A program made the translations under genes and the position numbers. From NCBI RefSeq assembly GCF_011391645.1, contig NZ_JAABQC010000002.1, positions 726-64,725 on the forward strand: a DNA stretch of 64,000 nucleotides, written 5' to 3'. The stretch comes from Rhodoferax sp. (GTDB lineage Bacteria > Pseudomonadota > Gammaproteobacteria > Burkholderiales > Burkholderiaceae_C). Shown piece by piece: positions 1 to 10,330 of this stretch (position 1 is the first letter of the stretch; every line of letters begins with the position of its first letter). The notes beneath the pieces are model-generated. The model was given only the letters and a program-made list of their open reading frames with translations, was not told the DNA's origin and searched no databases.

Positions 1-492
1 GCAGGCAATCAGGCCCACACCGCCGGCTGCCGCGTGAAACAGCACAAAGTCACCCGGCTGCAAGCCACCCTGGGGTTGGGTTTTTTTGAGCAAATATTGT
101 GCTGTGAGGCCCTTGAGCATCATGGCCGCGCCGGTCTCAAAGCTGATGGCGTCGGGCAGCTTGCAGACGCATTTGGCCGGCATCACGCGCAGTTCACAGT
201 AGCTGCCCGGGGGTTGGCTGGCATAAGCCGCGCGGTCGCCTACTTTGAGATGCGTGACACCCTCGCCCACCGCATCCACCACACCGGCGGCTTCCATGCC
301 CAATTGCTGCGGCAGCGTCATGGGGTAGAGTCCGCTGCGCTGGTAGATATCAATAAAGTTGAGTCCCACCGCATGGTGGCGGATGCGGATCTCGCCGGGA
401 CCGGGCTCACCCACGGTCACGGTCACCAATTTGAGTTCTTCCGGGCCGCCATGCTGGTCGATCCGAATGGCGCGCGAGTTGGCAGATGTCAT
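1..492 (-). CDS. qor: NADPH:quinone oxidoreductase (zeta-crystallin/MDR family), 5' part; runs off the window start
   Basis: Not in the ORF track. My translation of the minus strand from the ATG at 492 gives MTSANSRAIRIDQHGGPEELKLVTVTVGEPGPGEIRIRHHAVGLNFIDIYQRSGLYP, a typical Qor N-terminus. Confidence 0.85.
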   Translation of the reverse strand, partial: MTSANSRAIRIDQHGGPEELKLVTVTVGEPGPGEIRIRHHAVGLNFIDIYQRSGLYPMTLPQQLGMEAAGVVDAVGEGVTHLKVGDRAAYASQPPGSYCELRVMPAKCVCKLPDAISFETGAAMMLKGLTAQYLLKKTQPQGGLQPGDFVLFHAAAGGVGLIAC

Positions 493-601
493 TGTTTGAA
501 TTCCTGAAAAGTTGGTTTAAGAAGATATTGCCACGATTAGGCCGCAAAAGCTGTCACAAGGGCATCAGGCATTACCCCAAGCCTTGTTACAGTCCTTGCT
601 C

Positions 602-1507
602 ATGCATGCCAAACTTAGCCCCAGCACCATCGTGTTGCTGACCCTGCCGCCCATCTTTTGGGCTGGCAATGCCGTGGTGGGGCGCCTGGTCGCCCCGCTG
701 GCCTCGCCCATGACGCTTAACCTGCTGCGCTGGACCATTGCTTTTGCCCTGTTATTGCCGCTGGCTGCGCCGGTGCTGCGCCGGGGCAGCGCGCTGTGGC
801 CCAGCTGGCGGCGCTTTGCGGTGCTGGGCTTGCTGAGCATTGGCGGCTACAACGCGCTGCTCTATCTGTCTCTCAACACGTCCACCCCGATCAACGTGAC
901 CCTGGTGGGTGCCAGCACGCCGGTCTGGACGCTGCTGATAGGACGCATGTTTTTTGGCATCCGGATCTCGGGCAAACAATGGCTGGGCGCCTTGTTGTCG
1001 ATCAGCGGCGTGTTGCTGGTGTTGAGCCGGGGGCAACTGGACGTGCTGTTGCAGGTGCGGCTGGTTCCGGGTGACGTCTACATCCTGCTGGCGTCTGCCG
1101 CCTGGGCTTACTACAGCTGGATGTTGGCCCGCCCGACCACCGAGCCGGCCGGGATCAAACGCGACTGGTCTGCCTTTCTGCTGGCGCAAATTGCCTTTGG
1201 TCTGATCTGGTCAGCCTTGTTCACGAGCGCGGAATGGTCGATGGGCCTGGGACGCCTGGAGCTGAGTTGGGGCCTTGCGTTGGCCTTGCTGTTTATTGCC
1301 ATCGGCCCTGCCCTGCTGGCTTACCGAGCCTATGGTGCCGGGGTGGCGCGCGCGGGGCCGTCGGTGGCAGGTTTTTTTGTCAACCTGACACCGCTGTTCA
1401 CCGCCGTGCTGTCAAGTATTTTTCTGGGGGAGATGCCGCATCTATTCCACGCGCTGGCGTTTGTGCTGATTGTGGGCGGGATTTGGGTGTCGGCGTCGCG
1501 ACGCTGA
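602..1507 (+). CDS. DMT/EamA family transporter
   Basis: About 10 hydrophobic segments in two repeats, with FWAGNAVVGR and FVNLTPLF motifs. Start chosen at ATG 602 within ORF 584..1507. Confidence 0.85.
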   Translation: MHAKLSPSTIVLLTLPPIFWAGNAVVGRLVAPLASPMTLNLLRWTIAFALLLPLAAPVLRRGSALWPSWRRFAVLGLLSIGGYNALLYLSLNTSTPINVTLVGASTPVWTLLIGRMFFGIRISGKQWLGALLSISGVLLVLSRGQLDVLLQVRLVPGDVYILLASAAWAYYSWMLARPTTEPAGIKRDWSAFLLAQIAFGLIWSALFTSAEWSMGLGRLELSWGLALALLFIAIGPALLAYRAYGAGVARAGPSVAGFFVNLTPLFTAVLSSIFLGEMPHLFHALAFVLIVGGIWVSASRR

Positions 1508-1523
1508 TGAAGCGGAAACCGAT

Positions 1524-2645
1524 TCAGGCCGCCCCGATATTGGGCACCAAGCTGCCCACATCATGGCCGCCTTTGAGCGCCGCGGTGAAGGCCAGCATGC
1601 GGTCAATGGGCAGCCTTGCCCTGGGGATGATAGCCGGGTCCACCTGAACCTCGTTGGCACCGGTTTCCAGCACACGGGCCACATCAGCCAGGCTGTTCAT
1701 GGCCATCCAGGGGCAATGGGCGCAGCTCTTGCAGGTGGCGCTGTTGCCCGAGGTGGGGGCCTCCAGAAACAACTTGCCAGGGTTCAGGGTGCGCAGCTTG
1801 TGCATCATGCCGTTGTCGGTGGCCACAATAAAGGTTGTTGCCTCCATCTCGTGGGCGGCCTTCAGAATGCCTGACGTTGACCCCACCGCGTCCGCCAAGG
1901 CAATCACATCAGCCGGCGACTCGGGGTGCACCAGCACCTTGGCACCCGGGTGCTGCTGCATCAGGCCTTGCAGTTCAATCGCCTTGAATTCATTGTGAAC
2001 GATGCAGGAGCCGTTCCACATCAGCATGTCGGCACCGGTTTCACGCTGGATATAGCCACCCAGATGGCGGTCAGGTGCCCACAAGATCTTGTGGCCCTTG
2101 CCTTTGAGTGCCCGCACAATGTCGAGCGCGCAGCTGGACGTGACCAGCCAGTCCGAGCGCGCCTTGACCGCCGCGCTGGTGTTGGCATACACCACCACGG
2201 TGCGCTCGGGATGGGCATCGCAAAAAGCGCTGAACTCATCTGCCGGGCAACCCAGGTCGAGCGAGCAGGTCGCCGCCAGGTCGGGCATCAGAATGCGCTT
2301 TTCGGGCGACAGAATCTTGGCTGTTTCGCCCATGAAGCGCACGCCCGAGACCACCAGCGTCTGGGCCGAATGGTCGCGGCCAAAACGCGCCATCTCCAGC
2401 GAGTCGCTGACCAGCCCACCGGTCTCCTCGGCCAGGTCCTGCAGGTCAGGGTGCACGTAATAGTGCGACACCATCACCGCGTTTTTTTCCTTGAGCAGGC
2501 GGCGGATTTTGTCTTTCAGGGCTGCACGCTCAGCCTGGCTGGGCTCCACGGGAACCCGCGCCCATGCATGTTTGGTGGCGCAAACCGAGCCGCCGGCATC
2601 GGCGAGCGGCTGCTCATAGTCAACTTCTTTCACGGCCATGTTCAT
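1524..2645 (-). CDS. nadA: Quinolinate synthase A
   Basis: SHYY, DSL, CSLDLGC, YANTS, CIVH and CAHCPWM motifs, including the three Fe-S cysteines. Confidence 0.95.
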   Translation of the reverse strand: MNMAVKEVDYEQPLADAGGSVCATKHAWARVPVEPSQAERAALKDKIRRLLKEKNAVMVSHYYVHPDLQDLAEETGGLVSDSLEMARFGRDHSAQTLVVSGVRFMGETAKILSPEKRILMPDLAATCSLDLGCPADEFSAFCDAHPERTVVVYANTSAAVKARSDWLVTSSCALDIVRALKGKGHKILWAPDRHLGGYIQRETGADMLMWNGSCIVHNEFKAIELQGLMQQHPGAKVLVHPESPADVIALADAVGSTSGILKAAHEMEATTFIVATDNGMMHKLRTLNPGKLFLEAPTSGNSATCKSCAHCPWMAMNSLADVARVLETGANEVQVDPAIIPRARLPIDRMLAFTAALKGGHDVGSLVPNIGAA

Positions 2646-2667
2646 GCTGTCTCCCGGATCTCAATAA

Positions 2668-3546
2668 TCAAGCTGTTTCGGTCGCAAAGCGCATCGAAAA
2701 ATCAACCGCCTTGATGTCTTTGGTCAAGGTGCCAATCGAGATGCGGTCCACCCCGGTGGACGCGATGGCGCGCACCGACGACAGGTTGACCCCGCCCGAG
2801 ACCTCCAGAATGGCACGGCCAGCGTTGAGTTGCACCGCCTCCTGCAACTGGGACAAACCCATGTTGTCAAGCAGCACCATGTCAGCGCCGGCATCCAGAG
2901 CCTCACTCAGCTGCGCCAGGGTTTCGATCTCGATTTCGATAAAACGGGCCTGCGGCGCCACCAGTGCGGCTTTGTGCAACACAGCGGTCACGCCACCAGC
3001 GGCGGCAATGTGGTTTTCCTTGATCAGCACCGCGTCATACAGGCCCAGCCGATGGTTGAGCCCGCCGCCGATGAGGACGGCGTACTTCTGCGCCAGACGC
3101 AGCCCGGGCAGTGTCTTTCGGGTGTCGACAATGCGGGCCTGGCCGCCTGGCACATCGCAGATGGCCTGCACGTAGTCGCTGGTTTTGGTGGCGACGGCGC
3201 TGAGCAATTGCAAAAAATTGAGGGCGGTGCGCTCGGCTGTCAGCAGGGCCCTGGCTTGGCCATGAATCTCCAGGACAACCTGGTCGGCATGACAGCGATG
3301 GCCCTCGGGGACAAGCCAGGCGATGTCAACTTCAGGGTCCATCTGGCGCAGGGCGGCCTCGGCCCAGGGCTGACCGCAGATCACCGCGCTCTCACGCGCC
3401 ACCACGCGGGCTCGGGCACGCAATTTCGGATCCACCAGGCCAGCCGTCAGGTCGCCGGCGCCCACGTCTTCCAGAAACGCTCTGGCGACATCGGCAGTTG
3501 CCAGTTCAGCCACGAAGGCGGGCGAAAAATCAGAATAAGCAGTCAT
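2668..3546 (-). CDS. nadC: Nicotinate-nucleotide diphosphorylase (carboxylating)
   Basis: ERTALNFLQ, DTRKTLPGLR, HRLGLYD and LLDN motifs. Confidence 0.95.
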   Translation of the reverse strand: MTAYSDFSPAFVAELATADVARAFLEDVGAGDLTAGLVDPKLRARARVVARESAVICGQPWAEAALRQMDPEVDIAWLVPEGHRCHADQVVLEIHGQARALLTAERTALNFLQLLSAVATKTSDYVQAICDVPGGQARIVDTRKTLPGLRLAQKYAVLIGGGLNHRLGLYDAVLIKENHIAAAGGVTAVLHKAALVAPQARFIEIEIETLAQLSEALDAGADMVLLDNMGLSQLQEAVQLNAGRAILEVSGGVNLSSVRAIASTGVDRISIGTLTKDIKAVDFSMRFATETA

Positions 3547-3576
3547 ATTAAAGTGTCCCGGTTCGAACTCTCAATT

Positions 3577-4605
3577 TCAGGAGGTGCCGTCGAGCTGCTC
3601 GACGGTCGGCTCCCGGCCCATCAGGTCGGCCACCGCCTGCTGCGGCGTCAGCAGACCATCGAGCAAGGCCACCACGGCCTGGGCGATCGGCATGTCCACA
3701 CCCAGATGTGCGGCGCGCTGCACCACGGTGCGGGCGCTGTAAACACCCTCTGCCACATGCCCCAGCCCGGCCGTGACCTGCACCAGTGACTGGCCCTGCG
3801 CCAGCGCCAGCCCGACCTGCCGGTTGCGCGACAAATCGCCGGTGGCGGTGAGCACCAAGTCACCCAAACCGCTCAAGCCCATGAAGGTGGTGGCTTGGGC
3901 GCCCAGTGCCAGCCCAAGGCGGGTCATCTCGGCCAGACCGCGGGTGATCAGGGCGGCGCGGGCGTTGAGCCCCAGCCCCAGCCCGTCACACAGGCCGGTG
4001 GCAATGGCCAACACGTTTTTAACGGCGCCACCCACTTCAACGCCCACGATGTCATCGTTGGCATAGACCCGCAGCGTTGGGCTGTGAAAGGCGTCCACCA
4101 ACGCCTGGCGCACCGATTCGTGCGCGCTGGCTGCCACCAGGGCAGTGGGTTGGCTCCGCGCGACTTCCAGCGCAAAGCTTGGGCCACTGAGCACACCGGC
4201 TTTCAGGTGAGGCGCGACCTGGGCCTGGATTTCATGGGCGAGCAAACCAATTGCGCCGGCAATGGGCGCTTCAAAACCCTTGCAGACCCAGGCCACCGGC
4301 GCCGGGCAGGACGCCAGCACCCTAAGCATAGGCCGCAAGGCTGCCATCGGCGTGGCCACCACCACCAGGTCGGCGCAGGCCGTCAGGGCGTCCAGTTCTG
4401 CCAGGGGGGCAGCACTGAAAGCCAGCGCGCGCGGCAAAGGCGCCCCCGGCAGATAACGCTGGTTTTCGTGCTGCGCCTGCAACAGGCTGACTTGAGCAAT
4501 GTCACGCGCCCACAATGTGACCGCATGCGAACCGGCTTGGCAAGCGGCGCTTGCCGCAAGTGCAGTTCCCCAGGCGCCGGCCCCTAAAACAATGATTTTC
4601 ATCAC
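3577..4605 (-). CDS. gpsA: NAD(P)H-dependent glycerol-3-phosphate dehydrogenase
   Basis: [22 protein letters not shown] and [15 protein letters not shown] motifs. Confidence 0.95.
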   Translation of the reverse strand: MMKIIVLGAGAWGTALAASAACQAGSHAVTLWARDIAQVSLLQAQHENQRYLPGAPLPRALAFSAAPLAELDALTACADLVVVATPMAALRPMLRVLASCPAPVAWVCKGFEAPIAGAIGLLAHEIQAQVAPHLKAGVLSGPSFALEVARSQPTALVAASAHESVRQALVDAFHSPTLRVYANDDIVGVEVGGAVKNVLAIATGLCDGLGLGLNARAALITRGLAEMTRLGLALGAQATTFMGLSGLGDLVLTATGDLSRNRQVGLALAQGQSLVQVTAGLGHVAEGVYSARTVVQRAAHLGVDMPIAQAVVALLDGLLTPQQAVADLMGREPTVEQLDGTS

Positions 4606-4652
4606 GGTTCAAGCGGTACCTGAGGAAGCATGCACACGCCGGCTACTCAAAA

Positions 4653-5111
4653 CTATTGCGCCAGTGCGGGCTCGGCTTGCGCGGCCTGCGCGCTTTGTTG
4701 CTGCTCGTACATGGCCTGGAAGTTGATTTCAGACAGATGCACAGGCGGAAAGCCGCCGCGCTGGATCAAGTCAGCCACGTTGCCGCGCAGGTAGGGGTAA
4801 ACAATTTGCGGACAGGCAATGCCCATGATCGGGCCCATTTGCTCTTGTGGCAGGTTGCGGATCTCAAAAATACCCGCTTGCGTGGCTTCGACCAAAAACA
4901 CGGTCTTGTCCTTGATTTTGGTTTGCACGGTGGCGGTCACCATCACTTCGAACACACCATCAGCCACAGGGGAAGCATTGACACCCAATTGAATATCAAC
5001 CGTGGGCTGCTCCTGTTCCAGCAAAATCGCCGGCGAGTTGGGCTGCTCCAGAGAAGCCTCTTTGAGGTAGACACGTTGAATTTGGAAAATAGGATCTTGG
5101 GTTTCTGCCAT
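4653..5111 (-). CDS. secB: Protein export chaperone SecB
   Basis: [16 protein letters not shown] and [10 protein letters not shown] motifs. Confidence 0.95.
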   Translation of the reverse strand: MAETQDPIFQIQRVYLKEASLEQPNSPAILLEQEQPTVDIQLGVNASPVADGVFEVMVTATVQTKIKDKTVFLVEATQAGIFEIRNLPQEQMGPIMGIACPQIVYPYLRGNVADLIQRGGFPPVHLSEINFQAMYEQQQSAQAAQAEPALAQ

Positions 5112-5141
5112 GGGGATCTTTCAGTTAAAAAAATAAATACA

Positions 5142-5405
5142 TCAGGCGGCTTGCAACAGCGGCATCAAGCCACCCTTTGCATCCAGCGCCACCAGATCGT
5201 CACAACCGCCGACATGGGTGCTGCCGATAAAAATTTGCGGCACCGTGCGACGCCCGGTGCTGGCCATCATCTGGTCACGCTCAGCGGGGAGCTGGTCGAT
5301 TCGGATTTCTTCAATCTGCTCAACGCCACGGGCCTTGAGCAGCTGCTTGGCGCGAATGCAATACGGGCAGACGGCGGTGGTGTACATCTTGACGGCTTGC
5401 ATCAT
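5142..5405 (-). CDS. grxC: Glutaredoxin 3
   Basis: CPYC active site, TVPQIFIG and GGCDDL. Confidence 0.95.
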   Translation of the reverse strand: MMQAVKMYTTAVCPYCIRAKQLLKARGVEQIEEIRIDQLPAERDQMMASTGRRTVPQIFIGSTHVGGCDDLVALDAKGGLMPLLQAA

Positions 5406-5417
5406 GGGCTCCGGGGT

Positions 5418-5825
5418 TCAGGCTTTTTCCACCGGCAAGTTGGCCGAGCGCCAGGCACCCAGGCCGCCCGCCAGCGACTGCACATTTTCGTAGCCCAACT
5501 TTTTGGCCAGTGCCAGGGCCCGACTGCTGCGCGCTCCGGACTGGCACACCAGAATCACCGGCAAAGCCTTGTTTTTGACCGTGGTCGGCAATTTGGCTTC
5601 CAATTGGCCCACGGGAATATTTTTGGCACCAATCGCATGGCCAGCGGCAAATTCGTTGGGTTCGCAAATATCAATCAACACGGCCTTTTCGCGGTTGATC
5701 AATTGCACCGCGCCATCCGGCGTGAGCGCGCCCTGACCGGCGCCCTTGATCATCGGCATCATCAGCATGGTGGCCGCCGACAGGGCAACAGCAATCAACA
5801 TCCAGTTATCAAGAATAAATTTCAC
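5418..5825 (-). CDS. Rhodanese-like domain protein (YibN-like)
   Basis: N-terminal TM helix, GHAIGAKNIP and CQSGARS; conserved position before grxC-secB-gpsA. Confidence 0.85.
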   Translation of the reverse strand: MKFILDNWMLIAVALSAATMLMMPMIKGAGQGALTPDGAVQLINREKAVLIDICEPNEFAAGHAIGAKNIPVGQLEAKLPTTVKNKALPVILVCQSGARSSRALALAKKLGYENVQSLAGGLGAWRSANLPVEKA

Positions 5826-5920
5826 GGGTAATTTCCTAGTTAAGGGACGAGTATCAAGCCGCGCATTTTAGAATGCCGCAGGCACAATACCCCGACGCCC
5901 GCGTTTATTCCTTTTTTTAC

Positions 5921-6664
5921 ATGCACAACCTCGTTTTGATTCGCCACGGCGAATCGATCTGGGACCCGGACAACCGTTTTACCGGTTGGACCGACGTGGA
6001 CCTGACCCTCTTGGGCCTGGAACAGGCCAAAAGCGCCGGCCGGCTGCTCAAGGCCGAAGGCTATGGGTTTGACATTGCTTACACCAGCGTGCTCAAGCGT
6101 GCCACCCGAACTCTGTGGCATGTGCTCGATGAGTTGGACAGCACCTGGCTGCCGGTCGTCAACAGCTGGCGTCTGAACGAGCGCCACTTCGGCGCACTGC
6201 AGGGGCTCAACAAGGCGGCTGTGGCCAGACAACATGGCGATGCTCAAGTGCTGACCTGGCAGCACAGCTACAACACGCCAGCGCCGGCGCTGGAGCCCAC
6301 CGACCCGCGCTGCGAGCGCGCTGATGCGCGTTATGCCAAGCTTGCCGCCGGGCAGGTTCCACTCACTGAGTGCCTGAAAGATACGGTGGCGCGTGTGCTG
6401 CCGTTTTGGCATGAGGCTCTGGCTCCGGCCATCAAACTCGGCAAGCGCGTGGTGGTGGTGGCGCACGGCGACTCGCTCCGTGCGCTGGTCAAATACCTCG
6501 ACAAAGCTCCGGATGACGGCATCGCGGGTCTGAATATCACCAGTGGAATTCCCCTGGTTTATGAGCTTGACCAAGAGCTTTGGCCGATTCGCCATTATTA
6601 TCTGGGCGGTGCGCAGACTGCGACCGGGGCTGGCGCCACCATGGCGGCGCAGGAAAAGCATTAA
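5921..6664 (+). CDS. gpmA: 2,3-bisphosphoglycerate-dependent phosphoglycerate mutase homologue with substituted active-site residues
   Basis: [30 protein letters not shown] and [10 protein letters not shown] motifs; usual position divergent from rhodanese and upstream of the S41 peptidase. See finding on substitutions. Confidence 0.85.
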   Translation: MHNLVLIRHGESIWDPDNRFTGWTDVDLTLLGLEQAKSAGRLLKAEGYGFDIAYTSVLKRATRTLWHVLDELDSTWLPVVNSWRLNERHFGALQGLNKAAVARQHGDAQVLTWQHSYNTPAPALEPTDPRCERADARYAKLAAGQVPLTECLKDTVARVLPFWHEALAPAIKLGKRVVVVAHGDSLRALVKYLDKAPDDGIAGLNITSGIPLVYELDQELWPIRHYYLGGAQTATGAGATMAAQEKH

Positions 6665-6749
6665 ATTATTGCGGCATCAGGGGAACACTGTGCCGGGCGC
6701 ACCGCTCGAAGCAGCTTCTACTTAACCGTTCACAGGGTCTGGAAACACA

Positions 6750-8222
6750 ATGGGTCATAAATTAAAAGTTGCTGGCTGGATCTCGGTCGGCGTGGTTGCC
6801 GGCGCGTTGACCACCGTGTCCTTGCAAACAGTGGCGCGGGGGGCGCTGGCGCCGCTGCCGCTTGAAGAACTGCAACAACTGGCGGCCGTTTTTGGCATGG
6901 TCAAGACCAATTACGTCGAGCCGGTGGACGAAAAAAAGCTGATCACCGATGCCATTGCCGGCATGGTGGCGGGGCTGGACCCGCACTCGGTCTACCTGGA
7001 CCAGAAAGCACTGAAAGACTTCAATGAAGGCACCACCGGCAAGTTTGTCGGTGTGGGTATTGAAATATCGCAGGAAGACGGACTCATCAAGGTGGTCTCC
7101 CCGATCGAAGACTCTCCGGCTGATCGTGCCGGACTCAAGCCCAACGACCTGATCGTCAAGATTGACGACACGCCGGTGAAAGGCATGACGCTCAATGAGG
7201 GCGTCAAACGCATGCGCGGTGAGCCCAACACCAAGGTTGTGTTGAGCGTCTTCCGCAAGGATGAAAGCCGCACCTTTCCGGTGACCATCACGCGCGAAGA
7301 AATCAAGACCCAAAGCGTCAAGGCCAAGCTGATCGAGCCCGGCTACGCCTGGGTGCGCATCAGCCAGTTCCAGGAACGCACAGTGGCTGATTTTGCACGC
7401 AAGGTGGAAGATATTTACAAGCAGGAGCCTCAACTCAAGGGCCTGGTGCTTGATTTGCGCAATGACCCCGGTGGCTACCTGGATGCGGCGGTCGCCATTT
7501 CGGCGGCATTTCTGCCCGAAAACGTGACCGTCGTGTCGGCCAACGGCCAGCTCGCGGACAGCAAATTCATCTACAAGGCCTCCCCCCGCTATTACCAGCG
7601 GCGCGGTGGCCCGGATCCCCTGAAGCGGCTGGAGGAAGCCACTCGGGGCGCCTTGAAGACTGTCCCCCTGGTGGTATTGGTCAACGAGGGCTCGGCCTCG
7701 GCCAGCGAGATTGTGGCAGGCGCCCTGCAGGACCACCAGCGCGCCAAGTTGCTGGGCAACCAGACCTTTGGCAAAGGCTCGGTGCAGACCGCGGTCTGCC
7801 TGGATTCGTCCTTCCGCATGGACAACTGCCCCACCGCCGCCCTCAAGCTCACCACCAGCCGCTACTACACACCGAGCGGCAAGTCGATTCAGGCCAGAGG
7901 CATCGTGCCCGACGTGATGGTGGACGAGTCAGCGGACGGCAACCTGTTTGCCGCGCTTCGCACACGCGAGGCCGACCTGGAAAAACACCTGGGCAGCGGC
8001 CAGGGCGCTGAAATCAAGGACACCGAACGTGACAAAGCGCGTGAAGAAGCCCGCATCAAACTGGAAGAAGAAATGAAAAAGCCGGCGTCTGAGCGCCGTT
8101 TGCCAGAATTGGGCTCGGCCAAGGACTTCCCCTTGAACCAGGCATTGAACCAACTCAAGGGCCTGCCAGTGGTGGTCAGCAAAACCCTGGTCGAGCGTCA
8201 GGAAGAGAAAAAAGAAAACTAG
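6750..8222 (+). CDS. ctpA: S41 family carboxy-terminal processing protease
   Basis: PDZ domain (GVGIEI), LDLRNDPGG, SASASEIV (catalytic Ser) and TFGKGSVQ (catalytic Lys). Confidence 0.9.
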   Translation: MGHKLKVAGWISVGVVAGALTTVSLQTVARGALAPLPLEELQQLAAVFGMVKTNYVEPVDEKKLITDAIAGMVAGLDPHSVYLDQKALKDFNEGTTGKFVGVGIEISQEDGLIKVVSPIEDSPADRAGLKPNDLIVKIDDTPVKGMTLNEGVKRMRGEPNTKVVLSVFRKDESRTFPVTITREEIKTQSVKAKLIEPGYAWVRISQFQERTVADFARKVEDIYKQEPQLKGLVLDLRNDPGGYLDAAVAISAAFLPENVTVVSANGQLADSKFIYKASPRYYQRRGGPDPLKRLEEATRGALKTVPLVVLVNEGSASASEIVAGALQDHQRAKLLGNQTFGKGSVQTAVCLDSSFRMDNCPTAALKLTTSRYYTPSGKSIQARGIVPDVMVDESADGNLFAALRTREADLEKHLGSGQGAEIKDTERDKAREEARIKLEEEMKKPASERRLPELGSAKDFPLNQALNQLKGLPVVVSKTLVERQEEKKEN

Positions 8223-8230
8223 AGCCTTTC

Positions 8231-9001
8231 ATGACCGATGATGAACTGCTGCGCTATTCACGCCATATTCTGCTCAACGAAATTGGTGTAGAAGGCCAGC
8301 AACGCATCCTGGCGGCGCGCGTGCTCATCATTGGTGCTGGCGGCCTGGGCTCACCAGTCGCGCTGTACCTGGCGTCGGCCGGGGTCGGCCACATCACCGT
8401 GGTCGATCACGACACGGTAGACATCACCAATTTGCAGCGCCAAGTGGCACACACGGTGGAGCGTGTCGGCAGCCCCAAGGTGCAGTCCATACAGACCGCC
8501 ATCGCCCAGATCAACCCGCAAGTTCAGGTCACCGCCATCCAGCAACGCGCCGATGCCGAGCTGCTGAATCCACTGGTGGCGCAAGCCGATGTGGTGCTGG
8601 ACTGTTGCGACAACTTCGCCACCCGGCACGCGATCAATGCGGCTTGTGTGGCGCACCAAAAGCCGCTGGTTTCAGGTGCCGCGATCCGTTTTGACGGCCA
8701 GATCAGCGTCTATGACGCGCGCGACGCCTCGTCGCCCTGCTACGCCTGTGTTTTTCCGCCCGAGGCCACCTTTGAAGAAACACGCTGTGCCACCATGGGT
8801 GTGTTTGCGCCGCTGGTGGGCATCATTGGCACTTTGCAGGCGGCCGAGGCGCTCAAGCTGATCACCGGCGCCGGCCGACCCCTGATCGGCCGCCTGTTGA
8901 TGCTGGACGGCCGCGCCATGGAATTTACCGAGATTCGCATCGGCCGCCATGTGGCCTGCCCGGTGTGCGGCAACGCTGCGCCGGCATCGGCCAAGCCTTG
9001 A
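8231..9001 (+). CDS. HesA/MoeB/ThiF family adenylyltransferase
   Basis: RYSRH, GAGGLG, NLQRQ, CYAC and CPVC zinc motifs. Confidence 0.9.
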   Translation: MTDDELLRYSRHILLNEIGVEGQQRILAARVLIIGAGGLGSPVALYLASAGVGHITVVDHDTVDITNLQRQVAHTVERVGSPKVQSIQTAIAQINPQVQVTAIQQRADAELLNPLVAQADVVLDCCDNFATRHAINAACVAHQKPLVSGAAIRFDGQISVYDARDASSPCYACVFPPEATFEETRCATMGVFAPLVGIIGTLQAAEALKLITGAGRPLIGRLLMLDGRAMEFTEIRIGRHVACPVCGNAAPASAKP

Positions 9002-9005
9002 GCCT

Positions 9006-9491
9006 TCAGCGCGCGGGCTGACACGGGCCGTGGCGCTCGCGAAAATCGCGCGGAAGCTCGGCTGCCGGATCAGCGAACAGCCCCAGCCTGGCTGAGCGTG
9101 CAGACATTTCCTGCACCGCGTAAGGCCCCTTGCTGTTGCGCCAGCGGCTCGACCAGGCATGGCCAGCGCTGACCAGAGCTGCACCGACATCACGCTCACC
9201 CACGCGCAGACGGGCCAGGTCGCGACCATAGGTGTCCTGAAAATTCGACTTGACCTGAACCGGCTTGCCGACCACCAGTTGTTGCAATGCAGCGCGCGCC
9301 GCCTCACCGCCGGCCTGACAAAGCTCAGGGGCATCCAGACCCAGCAAGCGGACTTTGATTGGTGCAGCACCCTCCACAGGCTTGATCCACAGCGTGTCAC
9401 CATCCGACACACGGGTCACCAGCCCCAGCCAGACTTTGGCCTGGGCCATGGCGGGCAACAGCAAACAGCAGCAAAGGAATCGGCGCCACAT
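9006..9491 (-). CDS. Thermonuclease (SNase-like) family protein with signal peptide
   Basis: Signal peptide ending AQA; VSDGDTL, VRLLGLDAPE and DTYGRDLA motifs. Confidence 0.85.
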   Translation of the reverse strand: MWRRFLCCCLLLPAMAQAKVWLGLVTRVSDGDTLWIKPVEGAAPIKVRLLGLDAPELCQAGGEAARAALQQLVVGKPVQVKSNFQDTYGRDLARLRVGERDVGAALVSAGHAWSSRWRNSKGPYAVQEMSARSARLGLFADPAAELPRDFRERHGPCQPAR

Positions 9492-9499
9492 AAATAACT

Positions 9500-10327
9500 T
9501 CAGGCGCTGACGATCCAGCCTTCCAGCGGATCGAGGTCGGGCGGCAAACCATACAGCGCCGCGCCAGCGTCATGCCGCACCTGCGCCCAGGCTGCCTGCA
9601 TCAGGCAGAGCACGGCGTCCAGCGCATCTCCGCGCGCATCGTCTGCCAGCGCGTCACGCTGCGCATGGGTCAGCTTGAGGCGCAAACCCAGCCGGGTGCG
9701 GCCCTGCTCCAGTGCAGTGATCAGGTCTTTGCGGGCAATCAGTCGCTCGGGAGTCTGACGCGCCTTGTCATCGGCCTTGTAGCTGCGACCACCCAAGATT
9801 TCGCGCGCCAGCATGCCGGGGTAGCCCTCGATCGCGATTTTCTGCGGCTCGCCCTGATGCAAGCCTGGCAGTGTGGCACCGGCCCGCAGCAGCAACGGCA
9901 CGCCGGCATGCAACATGAACGCAACCGGGGGATTGACCCATTTCATGCTCGGACTGGAGCCGGCGGGTAAATCGGTGGCGCGGTGGGCAAACTTGCCGCC
10001 CACCGGTCGTGCGTTGCAAAAAGCGGCAAATGCCTGGCGAATCTGGTCCCGGCTCAACGCGGTGTAATGTGACATGCAGGCGGCCCAGTCGGTCGGCCAG
10101 CCCAGAGTTTGCACCAGTTCGCGTGGCAAACCGAAGGGCAAATCAAAAACCCCGAGCCAGGCTTGCGGCCGCTCAAGCCACTCCGAGAACGCCAACAAAG
10201 TGGCAAATCGCTCTATTTTGGCGAGTTGGACGCGACCGTGATGCAATTCACCCAGGGCGACGGCGATGGTTTTTTTTGGCGTGGGTGCGCAGGAAAAATC
10301 ACAGCCCAGCAGCACGCTGGCCGGCAC
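9500..10327 (-). CDS. DUF429-like protein (predicted nuclease, RNase H-like fold)
   Basis: GCDFSCAP, FDLPFGLPRE, IEGYPG and DALDAVLC patterns. Confidence 0.7.
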   Translation of the reverse strand: MPASVLLGCDFSCAPTPKKTIAVALGELHHGRVQLAKIERFATLLAFSEWLERPQAWLGVFDLPFGLPRELVQTLGWPTDWAACMSHYTALSRDQIRQAFAAFCNARPVGGKFAHRATDLPAGSSPSMKWVNPPVAFMLHAGVPLLLRAGATLPGLHQGEPQKIAIEGYPGMLAREILGGRSYKADDKARQTPERLIARKDLITALEQGRTRLGLRLKLTHAQRDALADDARGDALDAVLCLMQAAWAQVRHDAGAALYGLPPDLDPLEGWIVSA

Positions 10328-10330
10328 CGT

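Noticed and set aside
34-507. 157-aa plus-strand ORF at the window start
   Set aside because: It is the antisense shadow of the minus-strand qor gene, which has a recognisable protein sequence.
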